A DNA stretch of 64,000 nucleotides, taken from an uncultured Hormoscilla sp. (GTDB taxonomy: Bacteria > Cyanobacteriota > Cyanobacteriia > Cyanobacteriales > Desertifilaceae). Below the pieces are notes generated by a model. It was not told the origin of the DNA. It ran no database searches and worked only from the letters and a program-made list of their open reading frames with translations. The translations under genes were made by a program, and so were the position numbers. Location of the stretch: contig OZ001293.3 in NCBI GenBank assembly GCA_963921275.4, positions 5,632,001 through 5,696,000 of the forward strand, read 5' to 3'. Positions 1-10,448 of this stretch are shown piece after piece; the first letter of the stretch is position 1; every line of letters starts with the position of its first letter.

Positions 1-351
1 CTTGCTAATTGCTAATTGTTCGTAATTATTTATTGCCATGAGCCTCGTTCCCTGGCGACCCCTGGGAACGGAGCTGCGATGTACACGGCTGCGCCCCACA
101 TCGCGCAGCGCTATCGGGGCGCGCTAGTCGCACTACCTCACGCTGCGCGTCCGCGTAGCGTGCGCGCAGCGCATAAAATCGCACATCGCCATGAGACAAT
201 ACTTTATAGACAGCTGGGGCTACTGAATTAATCGGCATCGTAATTGTACTTTTACCCCAGCCTCAGCTAATATAGGAAAACTTTTAGATTTTCTCTGGAA
301 ATCGCTCTACATTGATAGAAATGGTAATTAAATCGTAATTTATTGTACAAT

Positions 352-3300
352 ATGCATCGAATTTCGGCAACCCCTGGAGGGTGGAATTTTCAAGACATAG
401 GCACGATCTTTATTCAGCAGACCTCCGCACCGATCGTCTGCTTGAGTGCGGCTGATACGGACATTCAAACCCTGGCAGCGGCTGTAAAGCAGTTACCAGT
501 TGAGTTTCCATCTGTGCGAGTGGTTAATCTCTTGCAATTGCAGCAACAATTGAGTATTGATATTTATGCAGAAGAAGTGCTGGGGTCTGCCCAGGTGATT
601 ATTTTGCGGCTGCTGGGAGGGCGGGCCTACTGGTCCTATGGGTTAGAAGTATTAAAAGAAACGGTAGAAAACACGGGTGCTGCTTTGATTGTGCTACCAG
701 GAGACGATCGCCCGGATCCAGATTTAATCGGTCACTCGACTATTTCCCTGGCAGTTGCGAACCAGTTGTGGCGCTACTTCACTGAAGGTGGGATTGTCAA
801 TTTTACCAATGCGCTCAAATTCGTTGCTGACGCCTGTTTGGGATCTAGCTATAACCCACCACCTCCCCAAGCAGTACCCCTGGTGGGACTTATCCGGTGG
901 AATAATAACAGTCAGCAAGCAGTTAAGAAAGTAGGTATTTTATTTTATCGCGCTCATTATCTGGCTGGCAATATTGCACCGATCGATGCTCTATCTGCGG
1001 CTTTGGCAGAACGGCAATTAGAACCACTGCCCCTGTTTGTCTCTTCTCTGCGCGATCGCGAGGTCCAAGCTGAAGTGAATTCCTTTTTCCAGTCACGGGA
1101 AATTGACTTGTTGCTGAATACGACGAGTTTTTCTATTGCTCGATTAGATTTAGAATTGCCTTCGATGTCTCTCGGTGCTGCGTCTCCTGGGAGCTTGATG
1201 TCTCCCGGACGCACTTCGATGCCTACCGTTCCGGAAAAATCGGGATGCTACGCTGCGCGAAAAATCGCACAAACCTACGATGCCTTCCGGACGCACGGCG
1301 AAAACCCGGAAGGCATCACTCAGGCATCGTCGAAACCCGGGGGACATCATAGTCGCACTACCCAGGAGACGCAGCGCGCTACTCGCACTACCCGAGAGAC
1401 ATCGGAGTTAGATTTGTGGAAAAGTCTAGATGTGCCAGTTTTGCAGGTAATTTTCAGCGGCGGTACGGTGGCACAGTGGCAGTCGGGAACTGGGGGGTTG
1501 ACGCCACGGGATGTGGCGATGAATGTGGCCCTACCAGAGGTGGATGGGCGAATTATTAGCCGTGCGGTTTCTTTTAAGGCGGTGCAAAACCACGATCAGG
1601 ATTTGGAAACAGATGTTGTAATTTATCAACCAGAGCGATCGCGGATTAATTTCGTTGCCGATCTAGCAGCTAATTGGGTGCGACTGGGGCAAACACCAGC
1701 AGGGTCAAGGAAAATTGCTCTGATTTTAGCGAATTATCCCACTCGTGACGGACGTTTGGCTAATGGCGTTGGCTTAGATACCCCCGCTAGTTGTGTCGAA
1801 ATTCTCAAAGCTTTGTCAGCAGCGGGATATCTTGTGGAGAATATTCCGGCTAAGGGGGACGAACTGATTCAACGTCTGACTGCTGGGGCGACCAATGACC
1901 CGGAAGAAAAAGAGTTACGATCGATCGAACATTGCTTGCCCCTAGAGGAATATCGGGAATATTTTGCCAACTTGCCCCCCAAAGTGCAGCAGGAAATCGG
2001 CGATCGCTGGAGAGATTGTACTGAGAAAAATATTCCTATTCCTGGTATCAGGTTGGGGAATATCTTTGTCGGCATTCAACCAGCGCGAGGCTACGACATC
2101 GACCCAGCTTTGAATTATCATGCCCCAGATTTAGAACCGACTCATGCTTATTTAGCTTTCTACTATTGGTTGCGGCAAGGGTTTGGGGCTCATGCGATCG
2201 TGCATCTGGGCAAACACGGAAATTTAGAATGGTTGCCCGGTAAAAGTGTTGCCCTGTCCGATACTTGTTATCCCGAGATCGCCTTGGGTGCCATGCCCCA
2301 TTTTTATCCTTTTATTGTCAATGACCCCGGGGAAGGTTCTCAAGCTAAGCGGCGATCGCAGGCAGTAATTATCGACCACCTGACGCCCCCCATGACTCGG
2401 GCGGAACTTTACGGTCCTTTGCAGCAGTTGGAAAGTTTGATTGATGAGTATTACGAGGCCCAAATGCTAGACCCTTCCCGCTTGCCCCCCATTCGCGATC
2501 GCATCACTTCTCTCTTCCAGGAAGAAAACTTACACCAAGATTTAGCACTTGTCAAGTCAGTAGAATTTACCGAATTGCTGAAGAGTGCGGATGGTTATTT
2601 ATGCGAATTAAAAGAGGCTCAAATTCGGGATGGTTTGCATATCTTTGGGCAATGTCCTCAAGGGCGTCAGTTGCGGGATTTGATGGTGGCGATTTCCCGT
2701 GGCCGCACCACCGGCATTACCCGCAGTTTAGCAGTTGATTGGGGTCTGGACTTCGACCCCCTGACCGCAGACCTAGCTCAAACTTTCCTAAACCAAAGGG
2801 CGAATGCGCTGCGCGCACGCTACGCGGACGGGCATTTATCCAAACCCTGTTTCACCGTCGGGGATGTCATTGCGGAATTAGAAGAAAAAGCCGCTGAATT
2901 AGTCCAACAGCTAATTGAAAGTCATCAATGTACAATTAATAATGTACAATTCATAAAAACCCAGGAAGAATTAAATTGGATCGGCAAGAAACTTCTCCCG
3001 GCATTGCAAGAAACTAAAGAGGAAATTACCCAACTGTTGCGGGGACTAGACGGGCTGTATGTACCCAGCGGTCCGGCGGGGGCACCGACAAGGGGGCGTC
3101 CGGAAGTTTTACCCACGGGTCGTAATTTCTATTCTGTAGATATCCGGGCAATTCCGACAGAAACAGCTTGGGATATTGGACGCAAGGCCGCTGAGGCATT
3201 GATTGAAAGTTACACTCAGGAAAATGGGGAATATCCTCAAACTTTGGGACTGTCTGTCTGGGGAACTTCTACCATGCGATCGGGTGGGGACGATATCGCA

Positions 3301-4341
3301 GAAGCGTTAGCATTGCTAGGGGTGCAACCAGTGTGGGATGGTCCCGGACGGCGGGTGGTGGATTTTGAAATTCTGCCCATCTCCTTTTTAGGACGCCCCC
3401 GGGTAGATGTGACTTTGAGGATTTCGGGATTTTTCCGGGATGCTTTTGCTAATTTAATCGATTTATTTGACCGCGCAGTGGCAGCAGTTGCCGCTTTGGA
3501 CGAACCCCCAGAAGACAATCCTTTGGCATCCCAAGTGCAGCAAGAAACTCAGTTTTGGTTGGCAGAAGGGTTGACTCAGTCCCAGGCAGAGGCCCGATCG
3601 CGCTATCGGGTGTTTGGTTCTAAACCCGGTGCCTACGGTGCTGGTTTACAAGGTTTAATTGCAGCCCAAAACTGGACGGACGATCGGGATTTAGCGCGGG
3701 CTTACATTAACTGGAGTAGCTACGCTTATACTAAGAATAACATGGGTCATGCTGCGCCGGAAGCCTTTGAGCAGCGCCTGCAACAGATGCAGATCGTCCT
3801 GCACAATCAGGACAACCGCGAACATGACTTGCTGGACTCTGATGATTATTACCAATTCCAGGGGGGGTTAACGGCGGCAGTGCGATCGCTTACTGGAAAG
3901 AATCCCCAAACCTATTTTGGGGATAATTCCGTGCCCCAAAATCCCCGAGTGCGGCAGTTGCGGTCGGAAATCGCCCGAGTCTATCGTTCGCGGGTGGTAA
4001 ATCCCAAATGGATTGCGGGGGTGATGCGTCACGGTTATAAAGGTGCCTTTGAAATTGCCGCAACGGTGGATTATTTGTTCGCCTACGATGCGACAGCTAA
4101 CTGCGTAGAAGATTACATGTATCAGGGAGTAGCTGATGCCTATTTGCTGGACCCAGCAGTACAAGAATTTATCCACGAAAAGAATCCTTGGGCCTTGCGG
4201 GATATGGCAGAACGGTTGTTAGAAGCTCATCAGCGGGGTTTCTGGCAAAATGTAGATGGAAAGATGGTAGATCAATTGCGCGCGATCGCCCATCTTGCGG
4301 AAGGGGCGATCGAAGATACTCTCCCGATCAGGAAATCCTAG
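352..4341 (+). CDS. cobN: Cobaltochelatase subunit CobN, with in-frame repeat insertions
   Basis: About 1330 aa. Motifs HLGKHGNLEWLPGK, LPTGRNFYSVD, HNQDNREHDLLDSDDYYQFQGG, WIAGVMRHGYKGAFE. ATG at 352 (ORF track uses TTG at 343). Confidence 0.95.
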   Translation: MHRISATPGGWNFQDIGTIFIQQTSAPIVCLSAADTDIQTLAAAVKQLPVEFPSVRVVNLLQLQQQLSIDIYAEEVLGSAQVIILRLLGGRAYWSYGLEVLKETVENTGAALIVLPGDDRPDPDLIGHSTISLAVANQLWRYFTEGGIVNFTNALKFVADACLGSSYNPPPPQAVPLVGLIRWNNNSQQAVKKVGILFYRAHYLAGNIAPIDALSAALAERQLEPLPLFVSSLRDREVQAEVNSFFQSREIDLLLNTTSFSIARLDLELPSMSLGAASPGSLMSPGRTSMPTVPEKSGCYAARKIAQTYDAFRTHGENPEGITQASSKPGGHHSRTTQETQRATRTTRETSELDLWKSLDVPVLQVIFSGGTVAQWQSGTGGLTPRDVAMNVALPEVDGRIISRAVSFKAVQNHDQDLETDVVIYQPERSRINFVADLAANWVRLGQTPAGSRKIALILANYPTRDGRLANGVGLDTPASCVEILKALSAAGYLVENIPAKGDELIQRLTAGATNDPEEKELRSIEHCLPLEEYREYFANLPPKVQQEIGDRWRDCTEKNIPIPGIRLGNIFVGIQPARGYDIDPALNYHAPDLEPTHAYLAFYYWLRQGFGAHAIVHLGKHGNLEWLPGKSVALSDTCYPEIALGAMPHFYPFIVNDPGEGSQAKRRSQAVIIDHLTPPMTRAELYGPLQQLESLIDEYYEAQMLDPSRLPPIRDRITSLFQEENLHQDLALVKSVEFTELLKSADGYLCELKEAQIRDGLHIFGQCPQGRQLRDLMVAISRGRTTGITRSLAVDWGLDFDPLTADLAQTFLNQRANALRARYADGHLSKPCFTVGDVIAELEEKAAELVQQLIESHQCTINNVQFIKTQEELNWIGKKLLPALQETKEEITQLLRGLDGLYVPSGPAGAPTRGRPEVLPTGRNFYSVDIRAIPTETAWDIGRKAAEALIESYTQENGEYPQTLGLSVWGTSTMRSGGDDIAEALALLGVQPVWDGPGRRVVDFEILPISFLGRPRVDVTLRISGFFRDAFANLIDLFDRAVAAVAALDEPPEDNPLASQVQQETQFWLAEGLTQSQAEARSRYRVFGSKPGAYGAGLQGLIAAQNWTDDRDLARAYINWSSYAYTKNNMGHAAPEAFEQRLQQMQIVLHNQDNREHDLLDSDDYYQFQGGLTAAVRSLTGKNPQTYFGDNSVPQNPRVRQLRSEIARVYRSRVVNPKWIAGVMRHGYKGAFEIAATVDYLFAYDATANCVEDYMYQGVADAYLLDPAVQEFIHEKNPWALRDMAERLLEAHQRGFWQNVDGKMVDQLRAIAHLAEGAIEDTLPIRKS
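1162..1404. mobile_element. Nested hairpin mini-element insertion (about 240 nt, in frame) in cobN
   Basis: Outer inverted repeat CGATGTCTCTCGG/CCGAGAGACATCG encloses GCTGCGTCTCCTGGG/CCCAGGAGACGCAGC, then GATGTCTCCCGG/CCGGGGGACATC, then GATGCCTTCCGG/CCGGAAGGCATC. Translates to about 80 low-complexity residues. Confidence 0.85.
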
Positions 4342-4581
4342 CAACAATTAAGAAACCAGGTTCGTAGTAAGCACTAAAGTGCTTCCCAGGCCAGGTTCGT
4401 AGTAAGCACTTTAGCGCGAAAGCGCCTAGCAGTTTAATTAAGAAACCCGGTTTCTCCGAGAAACCGGGTTTCTGGGTTATTGATGAATAGAGTTCGCGGC
4501 CAAATTGAGATGCACCAGAAAAAATTTGCAAAAGGGTGAGAATAATGTATAATATATAGTTAGAACGAAGATAAGAGATAA

Positions 4582-5571
4582 ATGTCAGATCGGAATGAAA
4601 TAACAGCAGAATATGATAGTCCTTGGAAGGATATCATAGGAAACTATTTCCCCGAATTTATGGAATTCTTTTTCCCCTCGGCCTATGGGGAAATAGACTG
4701 GTCGAGAAAATACGAATTTCAGGAGACCGAACTCCAGCAGGTGCGACCGAAAGCGGAGATAGGAAAGCGCGTCGCCGACAAACTAGCCAAGGTTTGGCTA
4801 AAAAATGGCGACGAACTGTGGGGGATGGTGCATATAGAAGTCCAGAATCAGCGCAAAACAGCCTTTGCTAAACGGATGTACACCTACAACCATCGCATCG
4901 GAGATCTTTACAACTGCCAAGTAGCCAGTTTTGCTGTCCTCACTGACGCAGATGCTGGATGGAGACCAACTCAATTTAGCCAACAACTGCTAGGATGTGA
5001 GATAACCTTTAACTTCCCGATCGCGAAGTTGCTAGACTATAAGCAGAGGTGGCAAGAGTTAGAAGAAAGCCGGAACCCCTTTGCGATCGTCGTGATGGCC
5101 CATCTGAAAGCTCAAGAAACACAGGGACAACAACAGGAACGCAAACGCTGGAAGTTGTCTTTAATCAGGCGGTTGTATCAGGGAGGATATGAACGAGAAG
5201 AAATTATCAACCTGTTTAAGTTCATTGACTGGGTAATACAACTGCCCAAAGAACTGGAAACAGAGTTTTGGCAAGAAGTAAATCAATTCCAGGAGGAAAA
5301 ACAGATGCAATACATCACCAGTGTGGAAAGAATTGGCATCGAGAAAGGCGTTCAGCAAGGTCTTGAGCAGGGCCTTCATCAAGGTGCCCTGCGGCATTTG
5401 TTGCGAGCGCTGCAACTAAGGTTTAACTCGGTGCCAGAGTCGCTACAGAGTCGCCTCACCTCTTGTACTGTGGAGCAACTAGATGAGCTTTTCGATATGG
5501 CGCTGACAGTGGAGCAGTTAGATCAGTTCATCGGAAGTATCCCGGTTGATGATACATCAGCAGAAGGATAG
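4582..5571 (+). CDS. Rpn/recombination-promoting nuclease-like protein (DUF4351-like C-terminus)
   Basis: YDSPWK N-terminus, DKLAKVW...HIEVQ PD-(D/E)XK-type motif, MQYITSVERIG tail. Confidence 0.8.
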   Translation: MSDRNEITAEYDSPWKDIIGNYFPEFMEFFFPSAYGEIDWSRKYEFQETELQQVRPKAEIGKRVADKLAKVWLKNGDELWGMVHIEVQNQRKTAFAKRMYTYNHRIGDLYNCQVASFAVLTDADAGWRPTQFSQQLLGCEITFNFPIAKLLDYKQRWQELEESRNPFAIVVMAHLKAQETQGQQQERKRWKLSLIRRLYQGGYEREEIINLFKFIDWVIQLPKELETEFWQEVNQFQEEKQMQYITSVERIGIEKGVQQGLEQGLHQGALRHLLRALQLRFNSVPESLQSRLTSCTVEQLDELFDMALTVEQLDQFIGSIPVDDTSAEG

Positions 5572-5656
5572 GTCTTTAGGAAACCCAACCAGATCAACGC
5601 CAACAACATCTTTGGGTTGGGTTTCGTGCTACAACATTACTATAATAGGAGAACAA

Positions 5657-5905
5657 ATGAACGTCCGCGAAGAAACAATTGCTAAGATTAATCAACTGCC
5701 TGAAGAGCTTGTTCGGGAAGTTAATGATTTTGTCAGCTTCTTGTTGACGAAACGCGAATGCGCTGCGCGCACGCTACGCGATCGCAGGCAGTTGTGGGTG
5801 CAATTTGCCGAGAGAATAGAATTGGCAGAATCTGATTTTGCAGATTATTTATCTAACTTGCAAGACTATGAGGAACGTTTAGCTCGTGGAGAAATTCAAT
5901 GGTAA
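5657..5905 (+). CDS. Antitoxin (DUF2281-like) with an 8-aa repeat insertion
   Basis: AGGAG RBS, INQLPEELVREVNDFVSFL, overlaps the downstream toxin. Contains a 24-nt insert at about 5758-5781. Confidence 0.7.
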   Translation: MNVREETIAKINQLPEELVREVNDFVSFLLTKRECAARTLRDRRQLWVQFAERIELAESDFADYLSNLQDYEERLARGEIQW

Positions 5906-6249
5906 ACGTTATCCGAGGCGATGTGGTATTATGCGATCTTAATCCGGTAATTGGTACGGAACAAGCAGGGATACGACCGGCGGTAATCGTACAAATAGAT
6001 CGGGCTAATGCGGTTAGCCCTCACACAATTATTGCACCATTTACGAGTAAGATTAGGCAGGTGCTTTTGCCTTCCCATGTATTCGTGCCTGCTGGTGTGG
6101 GTGGCTTGACTCTAGACTCTGTGATTCTGTGCGAACAGGTTAGAGTAATTGACAAGTCTCGAATTGTTAAGGCGATCGGTCATTTGGATGATGCCTATAT
6201 AAAAGAACTAGCAATAGCTTTGGGTACAATATTGGGGTTGTCGCTATAG
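5899..6249 (+). CDS. PemK/MazF family toxin
   Basis: RGDVVLCDLNPVIGTEQAGIRPAVIVQ ... DSVILCEQVRVIDKSR. Confidence 0.92.
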   Translation: MVNVIRGDVVLCDLNPVIGTEQAGIRPAVIVQIDRANAVSPHTIIAPFTSKIRQVLLPSHVFVPAGVGGLTLDSVILCEQVRVIDKSRIVKAIGHLDDAYIKELAIALGTILGLSL

Positions 6250-6320
6250 GAAAAAGCGATCGCCCGTGTTCTGTGGCTGCGATCGCTCTTTTCTGTAGTC
6301 AAGGATATGCGGCACTCGCT

Positions 6321-6413
6321 ATAACATCTTTGGGTTGGGTTTCGTGCTACAACATTACTAAAATAGGAGAACAAATGAACGTCCGCGAAGAAACTATTGC
6401 TAAGATTAATCAA
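6321..6413 (+). repeat. Second copy of the antitoxin promoter/5' end (copy of about 5603-5695)
   Basis: ACATCTTTGGGTTGGGTTTCGTGCTACAACATTACT...ATGAACGTCCGCGAAGAAAC is shared with 5605-5695 and then diverges. Confidence 0.85.
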
Positions 6414-6510
6414 CGCTCGTCGTATCCTTTGCGGGAGCGCAGCGCAATCCCTTTCAAGGTATATACAGGTGAGCGTCGAGTCTGACAGTGGGCACGGCCC
6501 ACCCTACTGG

Positions 6511-7010
6511 CTATAGATTAAAACTGCCGAAGCCTTTGTTCTTCTTGCTCTTTTTATTTTTCTTCAAAAACATCAGATAGTTCTGCTGAACAGTCTGAGT
6601 ATGAGAATGATCTTGTCCTAGTTGTGAAATCAGAATAGTTACAGCTTCGGTAAACAGGGGTTCGGCTTCGGCGTATCGCCCTTGGGAGGAGTAGAGATAT
6701 GCCAGGTTTTGGAGACTGGTGGCCACAGATGGATGTGCGGACCCCAGCAGTTGCTTTCTCATCTCCAAGGCTTCCTTATACAGGGGTTCGGCTTCGGCGT
6801 ATCGCCCTTGGGAGGAGTAGAGTTCTGCCAGGTTGTTGAGACTGGATGCCACATGGGGATGTGCGGACCCCAGCAGTTGCTTTGTCATCTCCAAAGCTTC
6901 GGTAAACAGGGGTTCGGCTTGGTCGTATCGCCCTTGGGACCTGTAGAGTTCTGCCAGGTTGTTGAGACTGGTGGCCACAGATGGATGTGCGGACCCCAGC
7001 AGTTGGCAGT
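6511..7010 (-). pseudogene. Tetratricopeptide (TPR_12 type) repeat protein, N-terminally truncated
   Basis: Three 42-aa repeats (HPSVATSLNNLAELY...GRYAEAEPL). The repeat is cut abruptly next to the HIP1 site at about 7015. Confidence 0.75.
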
Positions 7011-7103
7011 GGCTGCGATCGCCCTTCCTCAAGTCCTAGCATCGGAATCTTGAACCTTTGTCATGGGTTGCCGGAGAGAATGAAACAGACATGATGGCCT
7101 CTT

Positions 7104-7265
7104 GAGAGGTTTTCAACCTCAACCGAGAGGTCCAAAACCCCAACCGAGAGGTCCAAAACCCCAACCGAGAGGTCCAAAACCCCAACCGAGAGGTTTTCAA
7201 CCCCAACCGAGAGGTTTTCAACCTCAACCGAGAGGTTTTTAACCCCAACCGAGAGGTCCAAAACC
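7104..7265. repeat. 21-bp tandem repeat, 8 units
   Basis: GAGAGG(TTTTC/TCCAA)AACC(T/C)CAACC starting at 7104, 7125, ... 7251. Confidence 0.95.
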
Positions 7266-7330
7266 AGAACAGTGGGGCACTGGTTTGCAGCTAGTAGGTG
7301 CTGGTTGAGGTCAAAGTACCTTCTCCAGAA

Positions 7331-7804
7331 CTAAGACTCAGGCTGTTGTGACGTCTCACCGCTGGACTTGCGGGCGAACCGACGGGCCATATCGTCCACA
7401 GCCGCTTTTAACCCCGCATCTCCCTTAGTGGCATTGGCATAGTTATAAACCGCCAAAGCTGCCATATAAGCCTCGCTTCCTACCACTGCAACCGTATCGT
7501 CCAGAAGTTCCTGAAGTTGACTTACTGCCAAGACAATGGGATAAAGGGCCTCAAACAGTTCCACATCTTTTCGCATCTCCTCGATATCAAAAGATCGGGG
7601 CAAAAAATCCGGGTTTTGGGTCCCCACTTCCAATGCCTTGACCACAAACCCCCGACTTTTATCCCCCAAACGCGGCAAAGATTTGCTTTCCTCGGGACTC
7701 AACCTGAGCAAAAATGGCAATTTTTCCTTGATTGTAGCGATCGCGGCTAGAACTGCCTGTCGATCTTCAGGCGTTAAACTGGCACTAATTCGATTTGCAG
7801 TCAT
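7331..7804 (-). CDS. Conserved hypothetical helical protein
   Basis: 157-aa ORF with protein-like composition (LPFLLRLSPEE, NPDFLPRSFD, GSEAYMAALAVY). Confidence 0.75.
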   Translation of the reverse strand: MTANRISASLTPEDRQAVLAAIATIKEKLPFLLRLSPEESKSLPRLGDKSRGFVVKALEVGTQNPDFLPRSFDIEEMRKDVELFEALYPIVLAVSQLQELLDDTVAVVGSEAYMAALAVYNYANATKGDAGLKAAVDDMARRFARKSSGETSQQPES

Positions 7805-8107
7805 CTTGTCCAACTCCGATCGCGCAGCGTGGCGCAGCCATGGAATGACATCAACTTCTCCATTTTAACCAAGTATATCCTTGGAAAAGGATATCAACTA
7901 CTTTTGACCACACTTTCTGTTCGACCTTGGCTAAAGACTCTGAGATATCGCACAAACCCGGTTTCTTGCCACAACTCACGGGACCAGAAACCGGGTTTCT
8001 GATTTCCACCTTGGATAAAGACTCTGAGATATCGCAGAAACCCGGTGTATCTCATATTTGCAAAAATATTAATGTCGTAGGTTGGGTTGAGGCATGAAAC
8101 CCTACAT

Positions 8108-8734
8108 CTATTGACTAACCAATTGACCGAGGCACTTTAGCACAGTCAGGACAATGTACAGATCGTTCTCGCGCCGCAACGCAAACTGATCCGACTCAGC
8201 ATATTTCGGTGTATCTTGTTTAGTCAGCTTGAGAAAGATAAAATCTAGACCGTTAGTAACAAATCCAAATGCAGGTTTTTCAGAATCAGGTTTCCCCAGC
8301 ATATAGGCCAGTGCTTGCGGTATTCCCGCCTCCAGGGAGTATTGTGCCTTTTTCGCCTCAATTGCCATTATCCAAAATTCTGGGGTAAACACCAGCAGGT
8401 CGAGACGCCCTTTGACAACAGTTTCCTCATCCACCGAGATAATTTTTACCTCTTTCTCCCCAGCAAAGTAAAAAGGCGGGCGATAAAACCCTGCTAGTTT
8501 CAATAAGGGAGAAAGCACCACCAACTTGACGATCGCTTCGAGAATAGGGTACTTGGACAAGTGACGATAGTCGGCTTTCACCTCATCTAGAACCTGTTTT
8601 TCTGCTTTGGTGAGTTCTGGCAAATTATCTTGCCATTCTGGGAAGAATTGTTTGTCGTCCTCAGTGCGTTCTAGACCAAACTTTTCACTTAAGTCCATCA
8701 GGGTGATATTTTGGGCTTGAATGGTTTCAACCAT
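8108..8734 (-). CDS. Type I restriction enzyme R N-terminal-like (PD-(D/E)XK) protein
   Basis: GRLDLLV...IEAKK, GIPQALAYM, GFVTNG. This family is common in cyanobacteria. Confidence 0.75.
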   Translation of the reverse strand: MVETIQAQNITLMDLSEKFGLERTEDDKQFFPEWQDNLPELTKAEKQVLDEVKADYRHLSKYPILEAIVKLVVLSPLLKLAGFYRPPFYFAGEKEVKIISVDEETVVKGRLDLLVFTPEFWIMAIEAKKAQYSLEAGIPQALAYMLGKPDSEKPAFGFVTNGLDFIFLKLTKQDTPKYAESDQFALRRENDLYIVLTVLKCLGQLVSQ

Positions 8735-8878
8735 GACTTTCTCTCCAATTTATTTAATTATTATAGCAATAATAAACTATCGCGCAATGATAAAAATTAA
8801 AATTAGGCGATCCTCTTTTTACCTTATCAAAATTTTTCGTGCGATCGCGCTTCTTTAATCTTTAACAACTGACGACAA

Positions 8879-9830
8879 TTATGCCTGATGCCGCACGGGA
8901 ATTTCAATAAAAAACACTGTCCCCTGACCGAGTGTTGACTCGCATTTAAGGACTCCTTGATGCTTTTCCACCACAATTTTATAGCTAATTGATAGACCCA
9001 AACCAGTACCTTTACCTACAGGCTTAGTAGTAAAAAACTCCTCAAACAGCTTCGTTTTGACAACTTCCGTCATTCCCGGTCCATTATCAGAATTTGAATC
9101 ACTACAGAGCGATCGTTAACCAGTTGCGTGCGAATCCAAATAGTAGGGGTTTCCAAATGGCGATCGCCATTTTCGTGCTTTGTGCTATTTTTCATTTTCC
9201 ATTTGCCATGACTTTCTGACAAAGCATCAATAGCATTGCTTATTCATAAATACCTGATTCAAGGGCCCGGGATAGCAGTCCAGGGAGATGGCCGTATTCT
9301 TTGAGCACTTGAATTTCCGGGCGAATGCGCTGCGCGCACGCTGCGCGGACGGCAGTTCCTTTCAGCTTATTTTTCAATATTACCAGGGTGCCATCTAGCC
9401 CTTTATGAATATTAACAGTTTGAATTTTGGCGTGGTCGCGGCGGGCGAAATTGCGCAGAGACTGGACAATTTCGCGGATGCGGTCAGCACCTATTTGCAT
9501 AGAAGAGAGCATTTTCGGCAAATCTTCCATGAGGAAATCCAACTCGATCGCCTTGGCATATTTCTGGATAGCGAGGACAGGATTAGGGTAATGTTTTTGG
9601 TATAGTTTGAGCATTCCCAACAGGTCTGAGGCATATTCTTTGATAAAAGTAATGTTGCCGTGGATAAAGCTAACAGGATTGTTGATTTCATGAGCAACAC
9701 CCGCTAGTAACTGTCCCAGCACCGACAATTTTCCCGTTTGCGCTAGTTGCTCTTGGGTCTGCTGTAAATTATGCAAAGCCTGTTGGAGTTGTTCCGCCTG
9801 TGTCGTGGCGATCGCTGCCTGAATGCGCTG
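8879..9830 (-). pseudogene. Sensor histidine kinase C-terminal part, fragmented
   Basis: H-box [10 protein letters not shown] (9240-9776 ORF) and G2 box FFTTKPVGKGTGLGLSIS (8879-9073) lie in separate frames. No sensor domain. Repeat insert at about 9321-9350. Confidence 0.85.
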
Positions 9831-9957
9831 CTGTTAAAATTGACAATTCAAAATTTACAACTGACCACTGACCACTGACCACTGACCGGAATTTAATTAC
9901 CCTATCGCTATCGATAGATTAAATGTTAAAATTTGGCAATGATGGTGTGAGAGTCAG

Positions 9958-10317
9958 ATGAGTATGGAACCAAACCAGCAGATATCCGAAGAAGTCGTGC
10001 AACAAGTGGCCGAGTATTTCAGCGTCTTAGCTGAGCCGATGCGGCTGCGGATTTTGAATTTGCTCCGCAACGGCGAAAAATGCGTGCAAGAATTGGTGGA
10101 GGCTACACAAACCAGTCAGGCTAATGTTTCTAAACACCTGAAGGTGATGTTGCAAGCTGAGATACTACACCGGCGGAGCGAAGGTACATCTGCCTATTAC
10201 AGCGTTAAGGACGAGCTGATATTTCAGCTGTGTAACCTGGTTTGCGATCGCCTAGCGGAACGGATAGAGCAACAAGCCCGTCATTTTCGAGATTTCAGTA
10301 TGACGGGCAAGGGTTGA
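9958..10317 (+). CDS. ArsR/SmtB family transcriptional regulator
   Basis: FSVLAEPMRLRIL...SQANVSKHLKVM winged helix-turn-helix. Confidence 0.9.
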   Translation: MSMEPNQQISEEVVQQVAEYFSVLAEPMRLRILNLLRNGEKCVQELVEATQTSQANVSKHLKVMLQAEILHRRSEGTSAYYSVKDELIFQLCNLVCDRLAERIEQQARHFRDFSMTGKG

Positions 10318-10448
10318 GAGTCGGCCTCTTGCGGTGTCTCCTGGTCGCATGCGCTGCGCGCACGCTGCGCGATCGATGCCTTCCGTTTGCTTTCCTATGC
10401 GCTGCGCGCACGCTGCGCGGACGGGGTCGCACAAAAGAGGAGACACCG

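Noticed and set aside
1162..1404. Intein in CobN
   Set aside because: No Cys/Ser...His-Asn splice motifs. The segment is explained by nested DNA inverted repeats.
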